From Eledone cirrhosa (lineage: Eukaryota), in NCBI GenBank assembly GCA_964016885.1, contig OZ024765.1:3224001-3288000 (forward strand): a stretch of 64,000 nt of DNA, written 5' to 3'. The translations under genes and the position numbers were made by a program. The notes under the pieces were generated by a model. It ran no database searches, was not told the origin of the DNA, and was given only the letters and a program-made list of their open reading frames with translations. Within the stretch, counting starts at the first letter, position 1. Each line of letters starts with the position of its first letter. This document shows, piece after piece, positions 53,608-64,000 of this stretch.

Positions 53608-53700
53608 AACCTCCTGCACAAAAGAGGAAGGTCAACAGTTGACAATAAATGTCAGCTGTGCAAAACAAAGACTGAAGATGGCAACTTCATTGTCAACTAT
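53608..53700 (+). pseudogene. RLE-type (R4/Dong-like) LINE zinc-knuckle remnant
   Basis: EGYLTAIQEQEVPTK-LLHKRGRSTVDNKCQLCKTKTED resembles the EG...A.QDQ...T.....KCRLC....E pattern upstream of the restriction-like endonuclease. Confidence 0.65.
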
Positions 53701-53997
53701 GAAAAGAATGTCTTCTCGTCATCAGTTGCGAAAGAAGTTATATGGTGGACCAGGTGGAAAGGACTGAAGACAGACACTTTTCTCTTCGGCCAATCCCTCA
53801 TCAATCTCTTCAAGTTTCACCTGGAAAGGAAGGTGAGGGGGGTGGAGAGAGAAGTGCTCCACCCCCCACCCCCAGTACATTTGCAAAAAGGGGGATGAAT
53901 GAGGCGAGAATGGCCTGTGTGACTTCTAAATGTTTTTAATTAAACATACAGTATATTGTCAAATATGTTATATATACACATGAATGTATATATAATA

Positions 53998-54046
<49 letters not shown>

Positions 54047-54164
54047 ATATATATATATATATCTATATATATCTATATATATATCTATATATCTATATAT
54101 ATATCTATATATATATCTATATATATGAAATATATGAATCAAAGAACTGTTCAAAACATTATTG

Positions 54165-54211
54165 TGCTTACAGCTGTTTCCTCCAAACCGAGGTTTGGAT
54201 TCTTCGGAGCA
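54165..54211 (-). ncRNA. pLTR hammerhead motif (sense to ORF)
   Basis: TGCT-CCGAAGA-aTCCAAACCtcGGTTTGGAg-GAAA-CAGCTG-TA-AGCA. Palindromic helix III, core U4>C variant. Confidence 0.7.
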
Positions 54212-55656
54212 ATTTATTAATGCATGGACAGTTATATGACCTCCTTTTCAGCCGAGAGACATACCAATACATATTCAAACATTGATACATATTCAAACAT
54301 TGTGGGTCAACATTCATTACAGAATTTAGAGTGGCAGTACACACTTCGAGATTACATTTATATTAATAGGTACAATCAAAAAAATCAAAGATATAGGTTA
54401 AAGTACAACATGAAGATAAGTGGTTATATAGTGCAAATGTTATATGTGTGGCACGCATGTGCGTCTTGTTTATATAGTGTGGCAGAGAGATATGTGTGGT
54501 AGAGGCACTTAGGTAGGTAAATAAGAGTGTTAGGTTGGTAGATCTGGTGGCAAAGTCTTTATATGATTGATATAGTCTGTGTGTGGAGAAATATTATAAG
54601 CATTAAAGATAGTGCAAGCATTAAAAGTGTTATAAGTATTGGAGATGCACAGCGCAGGGATGTCAAGTAATTCATGTACTTCGGTATTTTCATGGTCAAG
54701 GGAGTGTATATTTCGATTATATGCCTTTCACATAATCCACGACAATCCAGTTAGAGATCGTAGTCTGGTGCTCTTTCGTTCGATACAGGTGGTTGTTACG
54801 TTTCGAGAGACGCCATTGAATACCGGAAGTGTGTGTGTGGCTAAGGGGAGTTAATGCATGCGGGGAGGTAACTCTGGGGTTTCTATATCTAGCCATTAAA
54901 ATGTGTCTCAATATAGACCCTAAATTCTATGGTGAGGTGCACCTTCCAAGAGAGACTTTTAAAGCATAAAGTGTACTAACTATAGAGTAGTTTAACTAAA
55001 TTATGCTGAAGGTGATCATATTATTATTAGGGTGGATTAACCCATCTTAAGGTGCTACAAATGGAAATTATAGATGATGAGCGAGGATTCTAAATTAATG
55101 ATCTCTATGGTTGTAGTCTGCTCATATGACCAGGCGCGGTGATTGCAGGATTGCTTCAGGACCCAATGATCTCTGGTAAGATCCGGGTCATCGCTTGCTA
55201 CATTGGATGTCGAAAGATAATCATCCCCAAGCAGGCCAAAGGTCAAGTCGCAGTCCTCGCGACCCCTCTCTGACCGTCAGATCATCCATATACGTACAAC
55301 CCGCACGGCAGTTGCATTGCATTCACTCACTGCGCTCAGCGGCCTGGTCCTACTGGTCAACAGCGCTACTCGATTAAATCATTTTACATCTGTCTAAGGA
55401 AGGTGTTTCCTCTGCCCAACACCATCCAACCGATCAATTGATGCTCAAATTACCCTTAGAGCGGCGTAGTGCCGTCCAGGTGGGTGGATGTTGTCACACC
55501 TGCCGTAGAGGTATAAATGGGTATTTTCCCTGCGAAGGGTTCCAGAGGGATGTCGTTGTTTGTGTTATAATGGATCAGCTAGTGTTGGGTATGTAGTATA
55601 GGGTGTGTCTCTGGTGTTTGATGCTAGATGTGGTGTTAGGTTCCAGTCCGACATTG

Positions 55657-57159
55657 CTATATATGGGGCTTAAAGTTTTGGAAGGAATGTCTGAGGCGGT
55701 GCTGGCAAGTTGCAAACACCTCAGATTTTTTGTTAAGTAGGTTACGGTTGGAGAAGATAATATTGTGTGTCTCTAGTATACAGAGGTTACAGAATTTATT
55801 AGGTGGTTTGTACGAGGTCGCGCTGCCTATCACTTCCCATTTGAGTGTGTATGGTTTATTTTTAGATTTTAGATAGTGAATGTAGCTAGAAAGTGAGGTG
55901 GAGTTGGCTAGGCTGTGCTTTTTGAACGAGTGGATGTGCGAGTTATATCTAATTTTGAAGCAGTTAGAAGTGGAGCCTACATAGGTTTCTGAAGAGTTAT
56001 TAGTCGTGACTGTGCATGAGTATATGACATCCTTGGTTAGGCATTTTTTATCTAAAGGGCAGGTTCTATTAGCTCTACAGTTACAATTATTCTGTGCGTT
56101 AGTCCGCTGGTTATAATGCAATGCGGAAGTCTGTGTGGTGGGTATAGGATTTTGGGTGTTCAGGTTGACAACCCTGGTGTTATTACTTATACTAGTGTTA
56201 TTTCCATTGTTACTGCCGTTGCTATTGTTGCTTGCTACAGTGGTATTTAGAGGGTTTGCATCCCGTTGCGATTTTGTTTGTTGGAAGTAAGAACTAATTT
56301 TACTATTATTGCTGCTAGCTATGTGGTATGCTAAGTTAGGCGTCGTGGAGTATGAGATTTTAATGGTGTTTTTGTTTAAGAGGTTGTGGTACTTGTGTCC
56401 TAGAGGGAAGTTTTTATCTAGTAGTGAGAAGAAAGCCCTAGGTATGTTGGTGGAGACATTTAGGTTGAAAGGAGGGTTGAAAAATGTATTATTTCTTCTT
56501 CTATTTTTGCTTTTAGTGTTTGGTGTGTTGCTTCCTCCTAAGGCCTCACAGTAGTTTCCATGGTAATGGTTACTTCCGGTGGCACCCTCCGCTTTGGTGT
56601 ACTTGTGGTTGCTATTCCTATTATTAGATTTCCTCATGGACATGTTGTGCGAGATGATGTTGTAGCTATGTGTTTTCTTAGGTAGGAACTCAATTTCTAT
56701 ATTATGGCCGGAGCTAGCTAATGCTTGATTGTAATATTGTGAGTTTTTGCTAAATATGTTTGCGTCATAGGACAGACTAGAGATTCTATTGGACACCCCC
56801 TTAGAGATAGAGTTTAATATTGATCTAGGGTGATTAGACTTGGTATCTACGTAAATAAGTTTCTCATTAGGCTTATGGAAGGGTGTATATATTTTTGAGT
56901 CTAGGTATAGTGTGGCGTCTAGGAAGTTAACATTTTTAGTGTTTTTGTCCATGGTGATACTAAGGTTAAAGTTTTTGAATGTCTTATGCAGTTGTTTTCT
57001 AGTTCTTTCTATATTAAATTTCTTATATTCTATGAGTAGAAGTGCATCATCGCGGTACAAACCACCTTTGAGGTAAGGGAGGTCTTTATGGATTTCATTG
57101 AGGAGGTATAGGCCGACCAAATCATGAATGTTGACCCACAATGTTTGAATATGTATCAA
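55657..57159 (-). CDS. Penelope-like reverse transcriptase (C-terminal part) + GIY-YIG endonuclease; true homology starts ~57123, the first ~10 codons come from the inverted pLTR
   Basis: LVGLYLL, GGLYRDD, VNFLDATL, KSNHP, FNPPF, CNCR...CPL...CL, VIY...YVG, C.LC..E, LLNK.SE...C.H. No internal stops over 500 aa. Confidence 0.92.
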   Translation of the reverse strand: MIHIQTLWVNIHDLVGLYLLNEIHKDLPYLKGGLYRDDALLLIEYKKFNIERTRKQLHKTFKNFNLSITMDKNTKNVNFLDATLYLDSKIYTPFHKPNEKLIYVDTKSNHPRSILNSISKGVSNRISSLSYDANIFSKNSQYYNQALASSGHNIEIEFLPKKTHSYNIISHNMSMRKSNNRNSNHKYTKAEGATGSNHYHGNYCEALGGSNTPNTKSKNRRRNNTFFNPPFNLNVSTNIPRAFFSLLDKNFPLGHKYHNLLNKNTIKISYSTTPNLAYHIASSNNSKISSYFQQTKSQRDANPLNTTVASNNSNGSNNGNNTSISNNTRVVNLNTQNPIPTTQTSALHYNQRTNAQNNCNCRANRTCPLDKKCLTKDVIYSCTVTTNNSSETYVGSTSNCFKIRYNSHIHSFKKHSLANSTSLSSYIHYLKSKNKPYTLKWEVIGSATSYKPPNKFCNLCILETHNIIFSNRNLLNKKSEVFATCQHRLRHSFQNFKPHI

Positions 57160-57229
57160 TGTTTGAATATGTATTGGTATGTCTCTCGGCTGAAAAGGAG
57201 GTCATATAACTGTCCATGCATTAATAAAT

Positions 57230-57276
57230 TGCTCCGAAGAATCCAAACCTCGGTTTGGAGGAAACAGCTGTAAGCA
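57230..57276 (+). ncRNA. Hammerhead motif in inverted pLTR copy
   Basis: Reverse complement of 54165-54211. Confidence 0.7.
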
Positions 57277-57480
57277 CAATAATGTTTTGAACAGTTCTTT
57301 GATTCATATATTTCATATAACTGCTCTGTAAATCATCTGATGTTTTTACATTGAGCTACTTAACTTACTGGTAATAAGGTAGTAATACATTACTGCCTAC
57401 CACTATTTAGGGTGTGTGTAAAATACTTACAACTGCTTAAGGTTTTGTGTTTACATAACCATAAATAGTATAACTAATAC

Positions 57481-57633
57481 TATATCTATATATATATATC
57501 TATATATATATCTATATATATATATATCTATATATATATCTATATATATATATATCTATATATATATCTATATATATATATATATCTATATATATATCTA
57601 TATATATATATATCTATATATATATCTATATAT

Positions 57634-57664
<31 letters not shown>

Positions 57665-57691
57665 TCTATATATATATCTATATATATATAT

Positions 57692-57722
<31 letters not shown>

Positions 57723-57831
57723 TCTATATATATATCTATATATATATATATCTATATATATATATATATCTATATATATATCTATATATATATATATCTA
57801 TATATATATCTATATATATATATATCTATAT

Positions 57832-57862
<31 letters not shown>

Positions 57863-58694
57863 TACTACATAGATATACATATATCTATATATATGTATAT
57901 CTATAAATTAGCCATTCAGTAATTTTGTTGGTGGCGGTTGAAGGTGATGGTGGTGGTGGTGGACGACGTGCTGTTGGTAGCGGTAATTGTGGTGATGGTG
58001 GTTGGGATGTTGGTGGTGGTTGTGGTGGTGGTGATTGTGGTGGAGGTGGTGTTGTTGTTGGTGGTGGTGGTGGAGGTGGTGGAGGTGGTGTTGTTGGTGT
58101 TCTTGGTATTGTTGTTGGTGCTGGAGGTGTTGTTGATGGTGGTAGTGGTGGAGGTGGTGGTGGAGGGGGTATTGGTGGTGGTGGTGGAGGAGGTGGTGTT
58201 GTCGGTGGTGGGGGGTGTTGTGGGGGTGGGGGTGGAGGTGATGGTGGAGGCGGTGTTGGTGGTGGAGGTGGTGGAGGTGGTGTTGTTGGTGGTGGAGGTG
58301 TTGGTGGTGTTGTTATTGTTGGTGGTGGTGTTGTTGGTGTTGGTGGTGGTGACTATTTTAATGAATTGCATCGTTAGGGGTCAGTAAGGAGCAACTGGAC
58401 AGTGTCACTAGAGAGGTCAAGCATTGTTTGAGGGGTCAGTCGGCCAGTCTTTGTCCAAGTCCCTGAAAGCTGGTCAAGAAAGGATTGACCAGCTTATATT
58501 GTTGATAAGACTACCGCTTACCTTTCACCACCACCCTCCCTCCCCCTCTCTATGTTAACCCCCCTCCCCCTCCCTCTCTATTTTACATACAAACACCACC
58601 AACCACCACCACCACCACTACAAACAACAACTGCACCAACAACACCGCTGTCTACGCGCCTGCTTCTGTGTATATGTGTGTATGTGTGTGTATT

Positions 58695-58740
<46 letters not shown>

Positions 58741-58809
58741 CATACACACACATATATACACACACACACACACATATACATACACACACACATATATATA
58801 TATATACAT

Positions 58810-58840
<31 letters not shown>

Positions 58841-58901
58841 CACACACATATATACATACACACACATATATATATACACACACACACATATATATATACA
58901 T

Positions 58902-58934
<33 letters not shown>

Positions 58935-58973
58935 CATACACACATATATATATACATACACACACACACATAT

Positions 58974-59008
<35 letters not shown>

Positions 59009-59053
59009 TATATACATACATACACACACACACATATATATATAATACATTTA

Positions 59054-59087
<34 letters not shown>

Positions 59088-59115
59088 AATATATATATGT
59101 ATGTATATATATGTG
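57481..59115. repeat. (TA/TATC)n, (GGT)n and (CA/TA)n simple repeats
   Basis: Direct inspection. Confidence 0.9.
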
Positions 59116-59574
59116 TTCCCGCCCTGCCTCCTCATCCGTGCCACTACCCCCTCCCCCGCGTCACCCACCCTCCCCACCCCAAACAAGATCCTCATGACAT
59201 CCGCTCTTTACGCATTAACGAGATTGCTGGAACAAAGAACTGTATTTAAGGATTCTTTACAGCCTCTTCTCTCTCCTACCTTTTCTTCATCTTCTTCTAC
59301 CTCTCCTACCTTTTCTTCATCTTCTTCTACCTCTCCTACCTTTTCTTCATCTACCTCTCCTACCTTTTCTTCTTCTTCGTATTCTGTTTCTTCTTCTTCA
59401 TGTGAGGGCCGTTGGGGCAGAGTCCTCAAACACTCCTCCCAGCGGGTCCTGTCAGAATCAGAAACATCCATCTCCAACTGATCTGGCTGGATCTTCAAGC
59501 CAGACTAGCCAAGCTCTTGGATGTTGTCCAACCATCTTGCTCGGTTTCTACCTCTGAATCTTTTGCCAGTGATT

Positions 59575-61130
59575 AAGACATTCTAACCACATGTCCATAG
59601 TATCAGAGCTGTGATCTCTCAATTCGGAGAAGTAGCAGCTCTACCTGAAGTGACTCTGTTCTCTGAGCTACAAATATGTCGTGATTCTTTCACGAGACAT
59701 TCTAACCACATGTCCATAGTATCAGAGCTGTGATCTCTCAATTCGGAGAAGTAACAGCTCTACCTGAAGTGACTGTTCTCTGAGCTACAAATATGTCGTG
59801 ATTCTTTCACGAGACATTCTAACCACATGTCCATAGTATCAGAGCTGTGATCTCTCAATTCGGAGAAGTAACAGCTCTACCTGAAGTGACTGTTCTCTGA
59901 GCTACAAATATGTCGTGATTCTTTCACGAGACATTCTAACCACATGTCCATAGTATCAGAGCTGTGATCTCTCAATTCGGAGAAGTAGCAGCTCTACCTG
60001 GAATGACTCTCTGATCTCCGAGCTACAAATATGTCCAGTGATTCTTTCTTGAGACATTCTAACCACATGTCCATAGTATCAGAGCTGTGATCTCTCAATT
60101 CAGAGAAGTAGCAGTTCTACCTGGAATGACTCTGTTCTCTGAGCTACAAATATGTCCAGTGATTCTTTCTTGAGACATTCTAACCACATGTCTATAGTAT
60201 CAGAGCTGTGATCTCTCAATTCGGAGAAGTGGCAGCTCTACCTGGAATGACTCTTTGATCTCCGAGCTACAAATATGTCCAGTGATTCTTTCTTGAGACA
60301 TTCTAACCACATGTCCATAGTATCAGAGCTGTGATCTCTTAATTCAGAGAAGTAGCAGCTCTACCTGGAATGACTCTGTTCTCTGAGATACAAATATGTC
60401 CAGTGATTCTTTCTTGAGACATTCTAACCACATGTCCATAGTATCGGAGCTGTGATCTCTTAATTCGGAGAAGTAGCAGCTCTACCTGGAGTTACCCTCT
60501 GTTCTCTGAGCTACAAATCTGTCCAGTGGTTCTTTCTTGAGACATTCTAACCACATGTCCATAGTATCAGAGCTGTGATCTCTCAATTCAGAGAAGTAGC
60601 AGCTCTACCTGGAGTGACTCTCTGATCTCCGAGCTACAAATATGTCCAGTGATTCTTTCCTGAGACATTCTAACCACATGTCCATAGTATCAGAGCTGTG
60701 ATCTCTCAATTCAGAGAAGTAGCAGCTCTACCTGGAGTGACTCTCTGAACTCCGAGCTACAAATATGTCCAGTGATTCTTTCCTGAGACATTCTAACCAC
60801 ATGTCCATAGTATCAGAGCTGTGATCTCTCAATTCAGAGAAGTAGCAGCTCTACCTGGAGTGACTCTCTGATCTCCGAGCTACAAATATGTCCAGTGATT
60901 CTTTCCTGAGACATTCTAACCACATGTCCATAGTATCAGAGCTGCGATCTCTCAATTCAGAGAAGGAACAGCTCTACCTGGTGTGACTCTCTGATCTCTG
61001 AGCTATAAATCTGTCCAGTGATTCTTTCCTAAGACATTCTAACCACATGTCCATAGTATCAGAGCTGTGATCTCTCAATTCAGAGAAGTAGCAGCTCTAC
61101 CTGGAGTGACTCTCTGATCTCCGAGCTACA
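59575..61130. repeat. 117-123-bp tandem repeat, 13 copies, inside the RTE ORF
   Basis: GACATTCTAACCACATGTC recurs at 59577, 59696, 59813, 59930, 60053, 60174, 60297, 60418, 60541, 60664, 60787, 60910 and 61033. Confidence 0.95.
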
Positions 61131-61585
61131 CAATCTATCGAGTAATGTTACTCCAAAGACCCTTCGGACAAACTCCATTTCGGCCGCTTGTATTCGCAAT
61201 CGTATTCTTTCTGTCATTATCCAAGATTCATGATCATATGTAAGGGTTGGCCTGAATACCAATTTGAAGACAGCGAGCTTGGTTTTTACGTTTTTTTCTT
61301 CTGAATACGGAATGCTGAAGCTGGAGTATTACTGCACCAGCTTTTGCAATCCTTGCAATTAATTCAGCCTCCTGCCTTCCATCACTCGTGAACACGGCCC
61401 CATGATACTTGAACTTCTCTACCTGCTTCAGTGGAACTCCACATGTAGAGAGCACTACTGAAGCTTCTCTCTGATGAGAAGTGTCTCAGTTTTCGTACCA
61501 CTCATTTCCATTCCAACCATGCAGAACTCGGCCTCAAACCTATCAAGTGCAGAGGGAAGATCACATTGTGAAGAGTGAAATATTT

Positions 61586-61865
61586 GTTTCCACTTTTTGG
61601 CACAAGGCCAGCAATTACCCCAGTGTATTACTGGTACCTTATTTTATCGACCCCGTAAGGATGAAAGGCAAAGTTAACCTCGGCGAGATTTAAACTCAGA
61701 ACGTAAAGGGCCGTGACTGTGCCGCAAAATAATTGTTTCTACATTTGACACAAGGCCAGCAATTTGGGAGCTGAGAGAAAATTCGCTTAAATCGATCCCA
61801 GTACATGACTGGTACTTTATTTTATCGACCCCGTAAGGATGAAAGGCAAAGTCAACCTTGGCAGC
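61586..61865 (-). mobile_element. Two tandem SINE copies
   Basis: Two reverse-complement cores CTGGTAC.TTATTTTATCGACCCCGTAAGGATGAAAGGCAAAG. Confidence 0.9.
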
Positions 61866-62065
61866 GTTGTCGTCTGAAAATTCCAGCTGACTGATCCTAC
61901 ACCCACAAGTCTCAATACCACTTCCGACACGTCTGCGCATGACAATCCTGTCCATGAAGATTAGGAACGGGAGGGGAGGAGGGGGGGTTATACTTTGCGG
62001 TAGTTATTTTAGCTTCTTGGAGGGAATTATACTTAATCTGTCGCCCAGTGTTGTAAGGTTGATAG

Positions 62066-63935
62066 TGATGGTGGCGGCGGTGGTGGTGGTGGTGGTGGTA
62101 GTGGTGGCGGTGGCGGTGGGGGTGGCGGTGGTGGTGGCGGCGGTGGTATTGTGATGATGAGGGTGGCGGCGGTGGTATTGTGATGATGAGGGTGGCGGTG
62201 GTGGTATTGTGATGATGGTGGTGGTGGCGGTGGTGGTGGTGGTGGCGGTGGTGGTGGTGGTGGCGGTGGTGGTGGTGGTGGTGGTGGTGGCGGTGGTGGT
62301 GGTGGTGGTGGCGGTGGCGGCGGTGGTGGCGGTGGCGGTGGTGGTGGTGGTGGTGGCGGTGGTGGTGGTGGTGGTGGTGGTGGTGGCGGTGGCGGCGGTG
62401 GTATTGTGATGATGGGGGTGGTGGCGGTGGTGGTGGTGGTGGTGGCGGTGGCGGTGGCGGCGGTGATATTGTGATGATGGGGGTGGCGGTGGTGGTATTG
62501 TGATGATGGGGGTGGTGGCGGTGGCGGTGGTGGTGGTGGTGGCGGTGGCGGTGGTGGCGGTGGCGGTGGTGGTGGTGGCGGTGGCGGCGGTGGTATTGTG
62601 ATGATGGGGGTGGTGGCGGTGATGTTGTTTTTAAGCTGGTGGGGGCGATACCCACCATCAACAACTACACTACCACTACTACGACCAACACCACCGTCAC
62701 CACCACCATTACAACAACCACACTACCACCACTACCACCACCACCACCAAAATACCATCACAATACCACCACCACCATTACAACAACCACACCACCACCA
62801 CCACCAAAATACCATCACAATACCACCACCATTACAACAACCACACCACCACCACCACCACCAAAATACCATCACAATACCACCACCACCATTACAACAA
62901 CCACACCACCACCACCACCAAAATACCATCACAATACCACCACCATTACAACAACCACACCACCACCACCACCAAAATACCATCACAATACCACCACCAC
63001 CACCACCAAAATACCATCACAATACCACCACCATTACAACAACCACACCACCACCACCACCAAAATACCATCACAATACCACCACCATTACAACAACCAC
63101 ACCACCACCACCACCAAAATACCATCACAATACCACCACCACCACCACCAAAATACCATCACAATACCACCACCATTACAACAACCACACCACCACCACC
63201 ACCAAAATACCATCACAATACCACCACCATTACAACAACCACACCACCACCACCACCAAAATACCATCACAATACCACCACCACCATTACAACAACCACA
63301 CCACCACCACCACCAAAATACCATCACAATACCACCACCACCATTACAACAACCACACCACCACCACCACCAAAATACCATCACAATACCACCACCATTA
63401 CAACAACCACACCACCACCACCACCAAAATACCATCACAATACCACCACCACCATTACAACAACCACACCACCACCACCACCAAAATACCATCACAATAC
63501 CACCACCACCATTACAACAACCACACCACCACCACCACCAAAATACCATCACAATACCACCACCATTACAACAACCACACCACCACCACCACCAAAATAC
63601 CATCACAATACCACCACCATTACAACAACCACACCACCACCACCACCAAAATACCATCACAATACCACCACCACCATTACAACAACCACACCACCACCAC
63701 CACCAAAATACCATCACAATACCACCACCACCATTACAACAACCACACCACCACCACCACCAAAATACCATCACAATACCACCACCACCATTACAACAAC
63801 CACACCACCACCACCACCAAAATACCATCACAATACCAACACCACCATTACAACAACCACACCACCACCACCACCACCAAAATACCATCACAATACCACC
63901 ACCATTACAACAACCACACCACCGCCACCACCATA
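62066..63935. repeat. (GGT)-rich tract followed by an oppositely oriented ~50-bp CCA/ACA minisatellite
   Basis: GGTGGTATTGTGATG motif on the left (62066-62625). CATCACAATACCACC motif on the right (62730-63935). Confidence 0.9.
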
Positions 63936-64000
63936 TAACTACTATGGGGTGAGTCTAATCAAATAAAAAGATTAACAACAATAGTGAGGGTGGCGGTGTA

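Larger units (their letters stand above)
54122..57480 (-). mobile_element. 5'-truncated Penelope-like retroelement with inverted pLTR copy
   Basis: RT + GIY-YIG ORF, 196-bp inverted repeat 54122-54317 / 57124-57319, and both ends in (TA/TATC)n. Confidence 0.9.
59385..61960 (-). mobile_element. Degenerate RTE-clade LINE (RT motif to 3' end), interrupted by two SINEs and an internal tandem array
   Basis: MDRI...GI..CG.RISQLEFSDD, LKQVEKFKY.G..FTSDG...RIAKA, RPTLTY.HESW....RIQAAEM.F.RR..GVT.LDR. Confidence 0.88.

Noticed and set aside
62598-63952. His/Thr/Pro-rich mucin-like ORFs
   Set aside because: Minisatellite open in multiple frames with no splice or signal evidence.

Overview
Gene-poor, repeat-saturated animal DNA, most likely cephalopod/Octopus. 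That attribution is an inference from the SINE family and the extreme (TA)n/(CA)n density. No convincing host protein-coding gene is present, and most ORF-track entries are microsatellite artefacts. 1-15.1 kb is a near-identical ~4.56-kb tandem array of at least 3.3 units, followed by two older diverged relatives (15.1-19.4 kb and 20.9-24.0 kb). This unit family carries about 16 copies of an ~80-nt Pol III-like cassette (upstream motif, TATA, A box, B box, often a T-run). The cassette folds into two hairpins rather than a cloverleaf and sits in palindromic pairs among decayed tRNA-like relics, a CR1 remnant and a decayed ORF. The rest is LINE fragments (RTE, CR1, R4/Dong-like), SINEs, MITEs and a 5'-truncated Penelope-like element (RT + GIY-YIG) with an inverted pLTR. 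There are also several type I hammerhead ribozyme motifs in short segments embedded in (TA)n, and several satellites (29, 37, 42, 96, ~120 bp) that each arose from an internal piece of a transposon. All calls were made by eye, and boundaries of decayed elements are approximate.
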